Below are positions 17,736-27,820 of a DNA stretch of 32,000 nt, piece after piece. How positions within the stretch are numbered: the first letter of the stretch is position 1; each line of letters begins with the position of its first letter. Position numbers and translations under genes: made by a program. This stretch comes from Telmatocola sphagniphila (lineage in GTDB: Bacteria > Planctomycetota > Planctomycetia > Gemmatales > Gemmataceae). Under the pieces are notes generated by a model. That model made no database searches. It was not told the origin of the DNA and saw only the letters and a list, made by a program, of their open reading frames with translations. The stretch covers positions 2,610,001-2,642,000 of the forward strand of contig NZ_CP074694.1 of the NCBI RefSeq assembly GCF_018398935.1, read 5' to 3'.

Positions 17736-18407
17736 CTAATTATCGAATTTCGAAGCGGCAAGATATGACGCCATTTGATTAATCAGATCATCATTTGATT
17801 TAACATCAGTATTTATCTGCAGGAAGCACTCTGCACACAACAAATAGTCATGTGAAAATATTTTGTAAAGAACCATATTTTTCGACTTAAGTACAATCAT
17901 ATGCACATTTTTATCGTTTAAAGATGAAATTGAATCAAATGGTCGCGTGCAAGCTACAAATATATAATTTGATACAATAACAAAAGCATCTTCATTTTGG
18001 TCAAGCATAATTTGTAATGATTTGTCATCAATTGTATACGCAAGTAGTTCTAAATCAAATTGACTATGAACATCAATTTTTGAAAGAATTTTTTTTTCAT
18101 TCTCGTCAAATATTTCTTGCGGAGGAAAAGAGAGTATTTTGAGACTATTTTCTGGAGATTGATAGCACTGTTTTTTGGTTGGATTTGCCGTCCAGTGACC
18201 TGGGAGATACAATTCATATTTTTCACCATTAAATTTATTGGTGAGCTGATTAACTCCGAGAGGAGTAATGATAATGGAATCATCTTTTTTAAGATGAAGA
18301 GCGAGCTTGTCTGCTACATTTTTATGATGTAGCTTAAGATATAATATAATTCCAATGAATAAAACGGAAAGTAATATATAACTATACTTTTTCATAACGC
18401 CCTTCAT
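17736..18407 (-). CDS. Hypothetical N-terminally anchored protein
   Basis: Very AT-rich ORF. ATG starts at 18407 or 18395 give MKGVMKKYSYILLSVLFIGIILYL (one TM). No recognisable domain. Confidence 0.5.
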   Translation of the reverse strand: MKGVMKKYSYILLSVLFIGIILYLKLHHKNVADKLALHLKKDDSIIITPLGVNQLTNKFNGEKYELYLPGHWTANPTKKQCYQSPENSLKILSFPPQEIFDENEKKILSKIDVHSQFDLELLAYTIDDKSLQIMLDQNEDAFVIVSNYIFVACTRPFDSISSLNDKNVHMIVLKSKNMVLYKIFSHDYLLCAECFLQINTDVKSNDDLINQMASYLAASKFDN

Positions 18408-18989
18408 TGCACATTTAGCAATGTTTGTGTGAAGCACTTACTTGAAATCTTTAATAAGCGAATATTGTATTAATGATCCAATTTCAGAAGGTATTTTTAA
18501 TGATTAGGTTAAGATGAATTAAGGTGAAAAGACTGAGGACCATAGTGGTAATAGAGCGTCATAAAAAAGATAAAGTATTCCATGACTTTGGGATCCAAGT
18601 AAATCAGTAAAATTAGCAAATAACCAATTTGCGCCTTTTTATGTCCAGCTTAAGTGAATAAATTTCGCATTTGTAAAATATTCTATGGAACCAATATTCG
18701 TGTGATATTAAACTGTAGCCCCCTTAAGATTTTCAACTGGTAAACCTCCTTTTTTCGTGGACACGGAGTTAAGCTATTTTAGCTGTACTATCGTGTTCGT
18801 CTGTTGAAACGTATCCTTGACCTGAATGCCCGCTAATTTAATTGGTAATTGTTCACCCCGTTGAACTGGCCTTATCTATTCTTCGGAGTCCATTAACTAT
18901 CTATTCCAGACTGACGACTGCCAGATAAAATAGCGAGATTGAGTCACCAAATGGGCAAAATAGAAAATTTCAGTTCAACGAGCTGAAAT

Positions 18990-19303
18990 CTTACTTTAAT
19001 TGTAGAATACTTCGATATATTCGAAGATGACCTTTTTGCTTCGTCCCGACTCCTGTATTCCACACTGTGACAAAGATCTTTCTTTAATCTGGAAAAGAAG
19101 TCCTCCATCGGAGCATTATCCCAACAGTCGGCCCTTCGACTCATACTGCATTGAATGCCGTGCTTGGCCAATAGACTCTGGTAGTGTTCACTGGCGTACT
19201 GACTGCCTCGATCCGATTGAGCCAGCAATCCAACTGCGGGATATCTCGTCTCTACAGCAATCGCAAACGCGTCGAAAACCAATCGATTTTCCAGTTTTTT
19301 CAT
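18990..19303 (-). pseudogene. IS3-family transposase (OrfB rve domain) fragment
   Basis: ...LAQSDRGSQYASEHYQSLLAKHGIQCSMSRRADCWDNAPMEDFFSRLKKD...YRSRDEAK matches the IS3 OrfB core (HSDRGSQY...CWDNA..E.FF..LK.E). Both the N-terminal part and the normal C-terminus are missing. Confidence 0.75.
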
Positions 19304-19609
19304 TCGACATTTTTTAGAATTTCTTAGGTTAGATCATCAACTTATGTTTATATGCGTTTTCACTTTGGGTGCCCATAGGATGGCAAGCATATTTGGAATT
19401 CGGGATGAGGTCGATATATAATATTATGAATTAATATTTCACCATTACTTTAATTAACAGCAAAAGAATCTCAAACTTTGCGAACAAATAATAAATACTC
19501 ACCATTTTTACCAAACATAATAAATTATTGGGTGAGTAATCTAAATAATTAATAGTGCTTTTCCTCAACTGTAATATTTCATGCCAAGTAATAATTAGGA
19601 TAACGGAAT

Positions 19610-19971
19610 CTATTTTATATTAAAAGGCGAGATTGTGTATGCTTTCGTTGGCAACTTTACTATTCCTCTCAAACAAAATTGAAACCCTTTTTCGAACAGC
19701 GACATGTCCTCGCCAGAGGCCTTAGCTTTGCTCATTATGCAGCAAAGCATACTCTGAGCGCCAGAATTCCGATTGACCAGCGCAGATATTTGAGAGCAAT
19801 TTGAATAGGTTTCAAGAAAGTCAAAACAGCCTAATGTTGACTCCTCGCCAAGACACTCTTGCAAATATTTCGCCCAAAGATCCGAAAAGATGCCGCATTC
19901 GATCACATCGCCTCCAACATCAAGGTATCCACCAATTTTATACCCCCCCATGCCTCCAGCTATAGCACCAG
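19610..19971 (-). pseudogene. 5'-truncated ORF: glycine-zipper segment followed by a Cys-rich tail, abutting copy C
   Basis: The frame is open from the repeat junction: ...YTGAIAGGMGGYKIGGYLDVGGDVIECGIFSDLW...CCIMSK...*. The first ATG is at 19951. The in-frame stop upstream lies inside the repeat. Confidence 0.35.
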
Positions 19972-20647
19972 TGTACCCCTCACGTAATATTTGCCGTTTT
20001 TTGCGATTTAATACCTAGAGGAATTGGCCCTCTCTTGAACAAAAGATCGCCGTGATCGACGAGAGCACGGCGTAAAGCAATTCGATCGATACGGCGAGCT
20101 TCCTGCTCGAGCAACACTCCCGAAGGAGATTTTCCTTCCTCCTTCATAGCTCGGTTTCGATGGATTTCAACAAGCTCTCGGAACTGATCGCGAGATTCTG
20201 TCGCGACTCTCTCCCGACTTTTCCAAAGCGTCTCGGGAGTAGGACCCAGACCTCCTCTCGGTCGAGCCAAGGCATTGGCTTCCCGTCGAGCCGCCTCCAC
20301 ATCCTCAGCGTTCCACACTTCCGGATGGCCTTCCCAGGCAGCTCTACGTTCGATTCGACTTTTCAAAGATCCTATGCCCGCTTCGATCGCACCGTTATAT
20401 TGTGGCCTCCTCGGCGGAGAGTACAAGCCGAACACGCCTTCTCGCTGCAAAAATTTTCGACCACTTCGGCAATAAACGAAGAACGGCAGCGCCTCGTGCC
20501 GGACCACGCCGGCCCATCGCAGCACCCCGGTCTCGGTCATCAGACCGCTCCAAAATTCCCCGGTATTCGGCAAAACACCCTTCAAAATGCCAAAATCCCT
20601 ACAGCTTTAATTCGGCTACAAATGCGACCAGAATTCGGTTCGGGACA
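19972..20647 (-). mobile_element. 676-bp non-autonomous rve-type element, copy C (decayed transposase)
   Basis: Direct repeat of 15392-16067. It carries a 201-aa frame (19980-20585) that is a frame-restored version of the same integrase-core remnant. Both ends are shared with copy B while the flanks differ. Confidence 0.85.
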
Positions 20648-20964
20648 CATAGGTCCGCCAAGGTTGCGAAACACAACTCACATTGATCCAGCCTACTGAC
20701 TTAGCTAATCTAAAGTGTTCGGTGAAGAGTTACCCGAGCGGGGTTTTCTATGACCACTCAGCACCGAATAATTGCTCGGCGTTTACCGACTACCCCCTCC
20801 ACGATGAGGATCTCAGCCGGGAACAGCATTCGATCAACCTCCGAGAGGCCTCTCGATCCAAACCACAAAATGCCGTTATTTCCCAAGAAATAGTCAAAGG
20901 TCATCAAAATCGCGTTTTCCACTATATGAAAAATGATGATCTGATGACCTTTAAGGATAAACCA

Positions 20965-22374
20965 CTACTTTGGCCGGGTCATTTCTTCCGGTTTTACATA
21001 CTGATCGAACTGCTCGGCGGTCAAATGCCCCAGTTTTACCGCCGCCTCTTTCAAGGAGATATTTTCCTTGAGAGCTTTCTTGGAAACCTCGGCCGCTTTG
21101 TCGTAACCGATATGCGGATTCAAAGCGGTCACCAGCATCGGCGAACTGCCGAGATACTTTTCGATCTGGTTTTTGTTGGGAGTAATACCGGGTCGGCTCG
21201 CATTGTCTTCCACGCAGTGTTCTTTGAACGATCGGCAACTATCCGCGAGCAGGCGAATGCTATGAAGCAAATTGTGAATCATCACCGGCTTGAACACGTT
21301 CAACTCAAAATTGCCTTGCGTTCCTGCAAAGCCGATGGCCGCATCATTACCCAGAACCTGCACGCATACCATGGTCATGGCTTCGGACTGGGTGGGGTTC
21401 ACTTTTCCCGGCATGATCGAGGAGCCCGGTTCGTTTTCCGGAATCGTAATCTCGGCCAGACCACACTTGGGACCGGAGGCCATCCAGCGAACATCGTTGG
21501 CCATTTTCATCAGGGCGCAAGCGAGTGTTTTCAAAGCTCCGCTGGTTGCCACAATGGGATCGTGCGAAGCGAGATAAGCGAACTTGTTCCCGGCGGAGAC
21601 GAACGGCAGTTTGGTGAGGGTTGCAATCTGGGCCGCCACTTTCACGGCAAACTGCGGGTGGGAATTCAATCCGGTCCCCACCGCCGTGCCACCGAGAGCC
21701 AGTTGATAGAGATCGGGCAAGGAATCCTCGATCCTCTTGATCGCCTGATCGAGTTGCGAAACGTAGGCGCTGAACTCCTGGCCGAGGGTCAAGGGCACCG
21801 CGTCCATCAGATGGGTCCGGCCAATTTTCACGATCTTTTCGAACTCTTTGGCTTTCTTGTCCAGAGCGTCGCGAAGCAGCTTGATACTCGGGATCAGCAG
21901 GTGTACCAGCTCTTCCACGGCCGCGATGTGCATGGCCGTGGGAAAGGTATCGTTGGAGGACTGCGACATGTTCACATCATCATTGGGATGAACGGGCGTT
22001 TTCGAGCCTAGTTCGCCTCCGGCAATCTGTATTGCCCGATTGGCAATGACTTCGTTCACATTCATGTTGGTCTGGGTACCGGAGCCGGTTTGCCAGATAC
22101 GGAGGGGGAAATGATCGTCGTACTTACCGGCAATGACTTCGTCGCAGGCCTGGGAGATGAGTTTGAGTTTTTTTTCATCCCCTTTAAAGAGGCCGAGATC
22201 GAAGTTGGTCTGAGCCGCGGCCTTTTTGAGAATGCCGAATGCCCGAATGATCGAGCGGGGCATTTTATCGTCGCCGATGGCGAAATGGATCAGCGAACGA
22301 GCGGTTTGAGCTCCGTACAACCGATCGGCGGGAACCTCGATAGGTCCCATGCTGTCTTTTTCCGTCCGAAACAT
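20965..22374 (-). CDS. fumC: Class II fumarate hydratase
   Basis: [28 protein letters not shown]..., [16 protein letters not shown] signature; about 469 aa. ATG at 22374 with GAGG 6 nt upstream is preferred over the track's GTG at 22386. Confidence 0.95.
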   Translation of the reverse strand: MFRTEKDSMGPIEVPADRLYGAQTARSLIHFAIGDDKMPRSIIRAFGILKKAAAQTNFDLGLFKGDEKKLKLISQACDEVIAGKYDDHFPLRIWQTGSGTQTNMNVNEVIANRAIQIAGGELGSKTPVHPNDDVNMSQSSNDTFPTAMHIAAVEELVHLLIPSIKLLRDALDKKAKEFEKIVKIGRTHLMDAVPLTLGQEFSAYVSQLDQAIKRIEDSLPDLYQLALGGTAVGTGLNSHPQFAVKVAAQIATLTKLPFVSAGNKFAYLASHDPIVATSGALKTLACALMKMANDVRWMASGPKCGLAEITIPENEPGSSIMPGKVNPTQSEAMTMVCVQVLGNDAAIGFAGTQGNFELNVFKPVMIHNLLHSIRLLADSCRSFKEHCVEDNASRPGITPNKNQIEKYLGSSPMLVTALNPHIGYDKAAEVSKKALKENISLKEAAVKLGHLTAEQFDQYVKPEEMTRPK

Positions 22375-22495
22375 AGTGAACCTCACAGGGGGAGGGCGCG
22401 TCTTAGTTACTGTTCGTTATAGCCTGAAACTCCTTGCCGTCATCTTGAGACTGCCCTTGTCTGTTGGGCCTTCAGAACTTAAAATTGCTTTCTAT

Positions 22496-22566
22496 TGGGG
22501 AATGGTGTAACGGTAGCACGACTGGCTCTGAACCAGTTAGTCTAGGTTCGAATCCTGGTTCCCCAG
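22496..22566 (+). tRNA. tRNA-Gln (anticodon CTG)
   Basis: Hand-folded cloverleaf. Acceptor tggggaa/ttcccca, D stem gtgt/gcac, anticodon stem actgg/ccagt with loop ctCTGaa, T arm ctagg-ttcgaat-cctgg, discriminator g. No encoded CCA. Confidence 0.85.
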
Positions 22567-22594
22567 TTTGGAATCGCCCATCGCAGGTCCTCCC

Positions 22595-23215
22595 ATGTCG
22601 CAGACCTCGTTTGAAAAATCTCTGGATTCCGATTGGCAATTTATTCTGACAGATATCCTTCCACCCCAAGGGAATTGGACCGAGGAAGAATATCTCGTTT
22701 TGACCGAACATCGTCAGCGTTTAGTCGAATTTACCGACGGTTTTCTGGAAATTCTGCCTATACCCACCGAGCAGCATCAGCTTTTACTCAAATTTCTGTT
22801 TCTGGTGTTTTTTAATCATTTGGAACGTGCCGGAGGCATTGTGATGTTCGCGCCCCTGCGACTGCAGATTCGACCCGGGAAATATCGGGAGCCCGACTTG
22901 ATGCTTTTGCAAACGATCCAGGATCCCCGTCGAGAGAACCGATTCTGGACGGGAGCCGATCTGGTGTTGGAGGTGGTGAGCGAAGACAAGCGCGATAGGG
23001 ATCTGATCGAAAAAAAAGAGGCTTATGCCGAAGCAGGTATCCCGGAATATTGGATAGTGAACCCCTTGAATGAAAGCGTGACAGTGCTTCGATTGCAATC
23101 GGGTTCCTACCTTAAATTCGGCGTTTATCATCGCGGGGAGAATGCACTTTCTGCACTGCATCCCGGATTCTTTTTCAGTGTCGAATCTCTTTTTGATGCC
23201 GGTAAGGTTCCCTAG
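22595..23215 (+). CDS. Uma2-family (DUF820) putative endonuclease
   Basis: WTEEEYLVL...VEFTDGFLEILPIPTEQHQ...REPDLMLL...ADLVLEVVSEDKRDRDLIEKKEAYAEAGIPEYWIVNP is the typical Uma2 pattern. The ATG at 22595 avoids overlap with the tRNA. Confidence 0.8.
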   Translation: MSQTSFEKSLDSDWQFILTDILPPQGNWTEEEYLVLTEHRQRLVEFTDGFLEILPIPTEQHQLLLKFLFLVFFNHLERAGGIVMFAPLRLQIRPGKYREPDLMLLQTIQDPRRENRFWTGADLVLEVVSEDKRDRDLIEKKEAYAEAGIPEYWIVNPLNESVTVLRLQSGSYLKFGVYHRGENALSALHPGFFFSVESLFDAGKVP

Positions 23216-23234
23216 CAAACGGGGAAGGACAAAA

Positions 23235-23639
23235 ATGGAACGCGATTATTCCCATCGAACCCGGCTGCAGAAACTCGGTATCAAACCGGAAAGTCTTGTG
23301 TTCATCCAGGGTGAGATGGATGAGGACTTTCTGGCGGAAGTGGAATCGCAACGAGCGAACGCCGACAAGTGCGACGTTCTATTGGCTCGAGTGGAGGAGA
23401 TGAAAGATCTGAAAGTTTTCGCGAAACTCCACCTAAAGATGCAGCCGGCCGCCGGACTTTGGATCGTTTATCCGAAGGGGAAAAAGCACATCCGGGAGGC
23501 GGATGTGCGAGCGGCCGGGTTGACAGCAGGTCTAGTGGATAACAAGGTCGTATCGTTTTCGGAAACTCATACCGCTTTACGGTTTGTTATTCCTTTGGCG
23601 AACCGGCCGAAGGAAAAATCAGAGCCTTCGGGTAACTGA
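23235..23639 (+). CDS. DUF3052 domain-containing protein
   Basis: ATG at 23235 after GGGGAAGG. LQKLGIKPESLVFIQGEMDEDF...GLWIVYPKGKKHIREADVRAAGLTAGLVDNKVVSFSETHTALRF fits my recollection of DUF3052. Confidence 0.65.
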   Translation: MERDYSHRTRLQKLGIKPESLVFIQGEMDEDFLAEVESQRANADKCDVLLARVEEMKDLKVFAKLHLKMQPAAGLWIVYPKGKKHIREADVRAAGLTAGLVDNKVVSFSETHTALRFVIPLANRPKEKSEPSGN

Positions 23640-23892
23640 CCGTTTGAACTGAATTCAGTTTGGGCCAAGCGGGCCGGGTGACTTCGCCGACGATAACGGA
23701 TCGCTGTTTAACAATGAGTACGGGCCAGCGACCGGAGAGGGTCCAGAAAGCGTTAGAGTTCTTGTCAAAAATCTTCGTACTCACGGAGGGGGCCACCCAA
23801 TCGGGAGCCAGTTTCCAGCCCGGTTCATCGGCCCGGCCTAATGGCAAGCCAATCATCACCAGATAGACAATCGTCAAGCACGTCCTGCGCAT
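23587..23892 (-). CDS. Hypothetical small secreted protein
   Basis: MRRTCLTIVYLVMIGLPLGRADE signal-like leader. Its 3' end overlaps the convergent DUF3052 gene by ~50 nt, which lowers confidence. Confidence 0.35.
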   Translation of the reverse strand: MRRTCLTIVYLVMIGLPLGRADEPGWKLAPDWVAPSVSTKIFDKNSNAFWTLSGRWPVLIVKQRSVIVGEVTRPAWPKLNSVQTVSYPKALIFPSAGSPKE

Positions 23893-24088
23893 GAAGTTCG
23901 CTCTCACTATCGAAAGTTCAGAACGAAAAATTCATCGGCAAGAAGATGGACAATTAACGGGAGAGATTAGCTAAGTTGTAAATTTTGCAAAACGAATCGG
24001 GTCATTCAATTGGAACAAATTAACAGTCCCGAGAATTTGTCCTGGAAGCCTCGCACAATCAAACGAGGCTCCCTCGAAATGATCAATT

Positions 24089-25246
24089 TTAGGCCGCCAG
24101 GCGAACCTGTCGGGTCAGATAGTTCTGGATGGAATCCGCGACCCGTTCCTGCTGCTCGGCAGTGATTTCCGGGAACATCGGAAGAGCCAGCACGGATCGG
24201 GAAGCTTCTTCGCTGATCGGGAACTGGCCCTTTTTGTAACCGAGATTTTCGAAGCACTTCTGCTGATGGAGGCACAGAGGATAGTAGATTTCGCAGCTGA
24301 CTTTGTTCTTTTTCAGGTGATCCGCCAGGCCATCGCGCATCATCGGGGAGACGCGAATCACATACTGGTTGTAGACATGCTTCAGGCCAGGTACTTGGGT
24401 CGGACGCTGCAACCAGCGATGCAGTCCCTTTTCTTCGAGGATGGCCGTATAGTTCTTGGCCGCGGCCTGGCGCTGCGACGTCCAACCATCAATGTACTTT
24501 AATTTGACGCGGAGAATCGCCGCATGCAGGGCATCCATTCGGGCGTTCCAGCCGACGAAATGGTGGTAGTATTTCGGTTCCATGCCATGGACGCGAAGTG
24601 TCTTGAGCCGGGCGTAGAGCTTTTCGCTGTCGGTCGTAACCAGGCCGGCATCACCGTAGGTGCCGAGGTTTTTGCTGGGATAGAAGCTAAAGCAGCCGAG
24701 GGCGCCCAGGGTGCCGATCTTTCGACCGTGATATTCAGCCCCGTAGGCCTGAGCGGCATCTTCAATGATTTCAAGGCCATATTTATCAGCGAGCATCTGG
24801 ATCGGTTCCATATCCGCACTCTGCCCGTACAGATGAACGGGCATGATGGCTCGCGTTCGGCTGGTGATTTTGCTTTCGATCTCTGCCGGATCCATGTTGT
24901 AAGTATTCGGATCGATGTCGACGAAAACCGGAGTTGCTCCGGTTCGAACAACGCAGCCCGCTGTGGCGAAAAAAGTAAAGGTGGGAATGATCACTTCGTC
25001 GCCCGCACCAATTTCGAGTGCGTGCAGTGCCAGCGAAATGGCATCCGATCCCGAACCGCAGCCCACGGCGTAGCGGGCTTCGAGTCGCTCGGCAATTTCT
25101 TTTTCGAAAGTAGCGACTTCCGGGCCGAGAATCGATTGGCCCGAGGACAGAACGCGCGAGAGAGCCTCGAGGACTTCCGCCTCAATTCGCTTATATTGCC
25201 CATTCAGATCGCACAAGGGGACATCGATGGCACTTCCCTGACTCAT
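24089..25246 (-). CDS. DegT/DnrJ/EryC1/StrS-family PLP-dependent sugar aminotransferase
   Basis: From the ATG at 25246: MSQGSAIDVPLCDLNGQYKRIEAEV..., GSGSDAISLAL, FSFYPSKNLG (PLP lysine), ALPMFPEIT. Confidence 0.9.
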   Translation of the reverse strand: MSQGSAIDVPLCDLNGQYKRIEAEVLEALSRVLSSGQSILGPEVATFEKEIAERLEARYAVGCGSGSDAISLALHALEIGAGDEVIIPTFTFFATAGCVVRTGATPVFVDIDPNTYNMDPAEIESKITSRTRAIMPVHLYGQSADMEPIQMLADKYGLEIIEDAAQAYGAEYHGRKIGTLGALGCFSFYPSKNLGTYGDAGLVTTDSEKLYARLKTLRVHGMEPKYYHHFVGWNARMDALHAAILRVKLKYIDGWTSQRQAAAKNYTAILEEKGLHRWLQRPTQVPGLKHVYNQYVIRVSPMMRDGLADHLKKNKVSCEIYYPLCLHQQKCFENLGYKKGQFPISEEASRSVLALPMFPEITAEQQERVADSIQNYLTRQVRLAA

Positions 25247-25419
25247 CTCGGACTCCGTTCCGTATTCGCCTATTCTGAGTGTTCCGTCAAAAGGATAGTT
25301 CGAACAGGAACATTCTGTCAAGGTGGATCGAGGATTCAGCCCTAATCCGACTTCCCATTTCCAGGGAGCTTGCTATATCTTGCGTTGGGGGAAGAAATTA
25401 ACGACTTTTGAAGAGTACT

Positions 25420-26271
25420 ATGGCTGCAGGAAATTCCAACGCCGATTTTCTATCTGCGGATATGCAACTGTTAAGCGAACAGTTGGCCAAGGATCAGACC
25501 CGTCGCTACGCATTTCTGCAAAAGCTTCTCGGCGAAGGCCCCTGCCGTCAGGTCGGTATCTATCCGATTCCCGAGGGTTTCAAGTTATCGGTGGTCATTC
25601 CGATTTACAACGAGGTGCAATGGGTTCGTGAGATTTTCCGTCGCGTCGAAGAAGTACCGATACCCAAAGAAATCGTCGTAGTCGACGACTTCAGCACCGA
25701 CGGCACCCGGGAGATTTTGAAAGAGTACGAGCAGTTTCCTCATTACAAGATTGTTTACCACGATCATAACCAGGGTAAAGGCGCGGGACTTCGCACGGGC
25801 TTCAAGCACGCCACCGGCAATATCGTACTGGTGCAGGATGCGGATCTGGAGTACGATCCCGCTGAATACCCGCGATTGATCCAGCCGATTCTGGATAACC
25901 GGGCCGATGTGGTGTTCGGGTCGCGCTTTATCGGCGAAACCCATCGCGTACTCTATTTCTGGCATAGTGTGGGTAACCGGGTTCTGACTCTGCTCTCCAA
26001 CTTCTTTACCAACCTCAACCTGACGGATATGGAGACCTGCTACAAAGTCTTTCGTCGGGAAGTTCTGGAGGGTGTCGAAATCAAAAGCAATCGTTTCGGC
26101 TTTGAACCTGAAATCACGGCGAAGATTGCCAAAAAGAAGAATCCCTCGTGGCGAATCTATGAAATACCGATCTCCTATTCCGGTAGAACTTACGAGGAAG
26201 GGAAAAAGATCGGCATGAAAGATGGCTTCAACGCCTTGTATTGTATAGTTCGGTTTTGGCTAAAGGATTAG
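25420..26271 (+). CDS. Family 2 glycosyltransferase (polyprenol-phosphate sugar transferase-like)
   Basis: [10 protein letters not shown]...[11 protein letters not shown]...[11 protein letters not shown]...[10 protein letters not shown]...FGSRF. Divergent from the DegT gene. Confidence 0.9.
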   Translation: MAAGNSNADFLSADMQLLSEQLAKDQTRRYAFLQKLLGEGPCRQVGIYPIPEGFKLSVVIPIYNEVQWVREIFRRVEEVPIPKEIVVVDDFSTDGTREILKEYEQFPHYKIVYHDHNQGKGAGLRTGFKHATGNIVLVQDADLEYDPAEYPRLIQPILDNRADVVFGSRFIGETHRVLYFWHSVGNRVLTLLSNFFTNLNLTDMETCYKVFRREVLEGVEIKSNRFGFEPEITAKIAKKKNPSWRIYEIPISYSGRTYEEGKKIGMKDGFNALYCIVRFWLKD

Positions 26272-26272
26272 C

Positions 26273-27820
26273 ATGGCCGTTTCGGAAAAACCGCTTGGTA
26301 TAGTCTTCACCACTTCGGAGATGGCCGGATTTGCCAAGACGGGTGGACTTGCGGATGTCTGTGCCGCTTTACCTGTGGCGTTATCGCGTCGGGGGCATAA
26401 TGCGGCCGTAATTATGCCGCTTTACAGGTCTGTCCGCGTCGGGCCGATCCCCATCGAGCCGACAAAATATTTGCTCTCCGTCCCCTTCGGCGTTCGAATA
26501 GTTCCATCGCGGCTGTGGCGAGCCCAGGTTCCGCGAACTTCGGTTGCGGTTTACTTCATCGAACATCCGGCTTTTTTCGAACGCGATGATTCTCGTTATG
26601 CTCGAAGCTACTATCAGTTCACGAGTTGGGACGGCCGCAAGTATGATTACGGTGACAATGCCGATCGATATATCTTTTTCTGCCGAGCTGCCATTGAGGC
26701 GATGGCCCACCTGGATTTCACTCCGCATGTGGTGCATGCCAACGACTGGCAAGCCGGCTTGATACCGGCTTATCTCCGCGAACGGCACCAACTTAAACCG
26801 GCATTGAGAAATCTTGCGTCGCTCTACACCATTCACAACATTGCCTATCAGGGTGTTTTTCCTGCGGAAATCTATCCTTTGACGGGTCTCGACAAGCGAC
26901 TTCTCAACCACCGCGAACTGGAATATCACGGGAAGCTCAGCTTCCTTAAAGCGGGGGTGGTATGCTGCGACTGGGTGAATACGGTCAGTCCGACCTATGC
27001 CAAGGAAATTCTGACCAGTGAATACGGCTGTGGATTGGAAGGTGTCCTTCAAGAACGAGAACGACGGCTCAGTGGAATTGTGAACGGGGTCGATTACACG
27101 GAATGGAATCCTTCCACGGATAAACATCTTCCTCTGAAATACAACGAGCAGAATGCCGAGGAAGGCAAAGCTGCCTGCAAGAAGGAGTTGCAGAGCGTAT
27201 TCCATCTGGCCCAGGAGCCGAGAACTCCAATCATTGGCATGGTAGCCAGGCTGGCGGAACAAAAAGGGATCGATATTACTTGTGCCCTGCTCGACCAATG
27301 GACCGATCTACCAGCGCAAATCGTTATCCTCGGCGAGGGTGATCCTGAATACCATCAGCGACTGCAGGAGCTCAAAGCGAAATATCCGAAACGCATCGGC
27401 GTTCGCATCGGCTTCGATGAAGCACTCGCTCACAAGATCGAAGCCGGTTCGGATCTGTTCCTGATGCCCAGCCGTTATGAGCCCTCCGGTTTGAACCAAC
27501 TCTATAGTTTGAAATACGGCACGCCTCCTGTGGTCCGCGCGACCGGTGGCCTGGCCGACACCATAACGGATACGACACCGACCACTTTGAATAACGGCAT
27601 TGCCAATGGTTTCAGTTTCAAGGAGTACTCTGCTGAAGCTCTCAGAAACGCTCTTGAAAGAGCTATCCAATATTACGCCAGCAGCACGGAATTCCGCAAA
27701 GTGCAGCTTACGGGCATGAAACAGGATTGGTCCTGGAATCGGAGTGCCTCCCAATACGAAGAGCTCTATCTTCGATTGATCGAGGAACGTTCCAAAGCCG
27801 ACTTCGCTTATGGAATCTGA
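26273..27820 (+). CDS. glgA: Glycogen (starch) synthase
   Basis: FTTSEMAGFAKTGGLADVCAALPVAL (KTGGL), HANDWQAGL, VSPTYAKEI, GMVARLAEQKG, MPSRYEPSGLNQLYSLKYGT. Confidence 0.93.
   Translation: MAVSEKPLGIVFTTSEMAGFAKTGGLADVCAALPVALSRRGHNAAVIMPLYRSVRVGPIPIEPTKYLLSVPFGVRIVPSRLWRAQVPRTSVAVYFIEHPAFFERDDSRYARSYYQFTSWDGRKYDYGDNADRYIFFCRAAIEAMAHLDFTPHVVHANDWQAGLIPAYLRERHQLKPALRNLASLYTIHNIAYQGVFPAEIYPLTGLDKRLLNHRELEYHGKLSFLKAGVVCCDWVNTVSPTYAKEILTSEYGCGLEGVLQERERRLSGIVNGVDYTEWNPSTDKHLPLKYNEQNAEEGKAACKKELQSVFHLAQEPRTPIIGMVARLAEQKGIDITCALLDQWTDLPAQIVILGEGDPEYHQRLQELKAKYPKRIGVRIGFDEALAHKIEAGSDLFLMPSRYEPSGLNQLYSLKYGTPPVVRATGGLADTITDTTPTTLNNGIANGFSFKEYSAEALRNALERAIQYYASSTEFRKVQLTGMKQDWSWNRSASQYEELYLRLIEERSKADFAYGI

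Noticed and set aside
20700-20960. Short reverse-strand frame (about 49-65 aa, ...MTFDYFLGNNGILWFGSRGLSEVDRMLFPAEILIVEGVVGKRRAIIRC*) between copy C and fumC
   Set aside because: It is below the ORF-track threshold, has no clear start or RBS and no recognisable family. It may be a gene remnant, but I cannot support it.
20683-22011. 442-aa + strand ORF
   Set aside because: This is a shadow ORF antisense to the clearly recognisable fumC gene. It has a His/Gly/Arg-rich nonsense composition.
22496-22566. tRNA-Gln as the integration (att) site of the island
   Set aside because: The island's right edge (~20650) is separated from the tRNA by the complete fumC gene. I could find no copy of the tRNA 3' half elsewhere in the window, and there is no integrase.
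24524-25345. 273-aa + strand ORF (and the 150-aa reverse-strand ORF 24499..24951)
   Set aside because: Both are alternative frames of the DegT aminotransferase gene and have no motifs of their own.
26381-27298. 305-aa reverse-strand ORF
   Set aside because: Antisense shadow of glgA.
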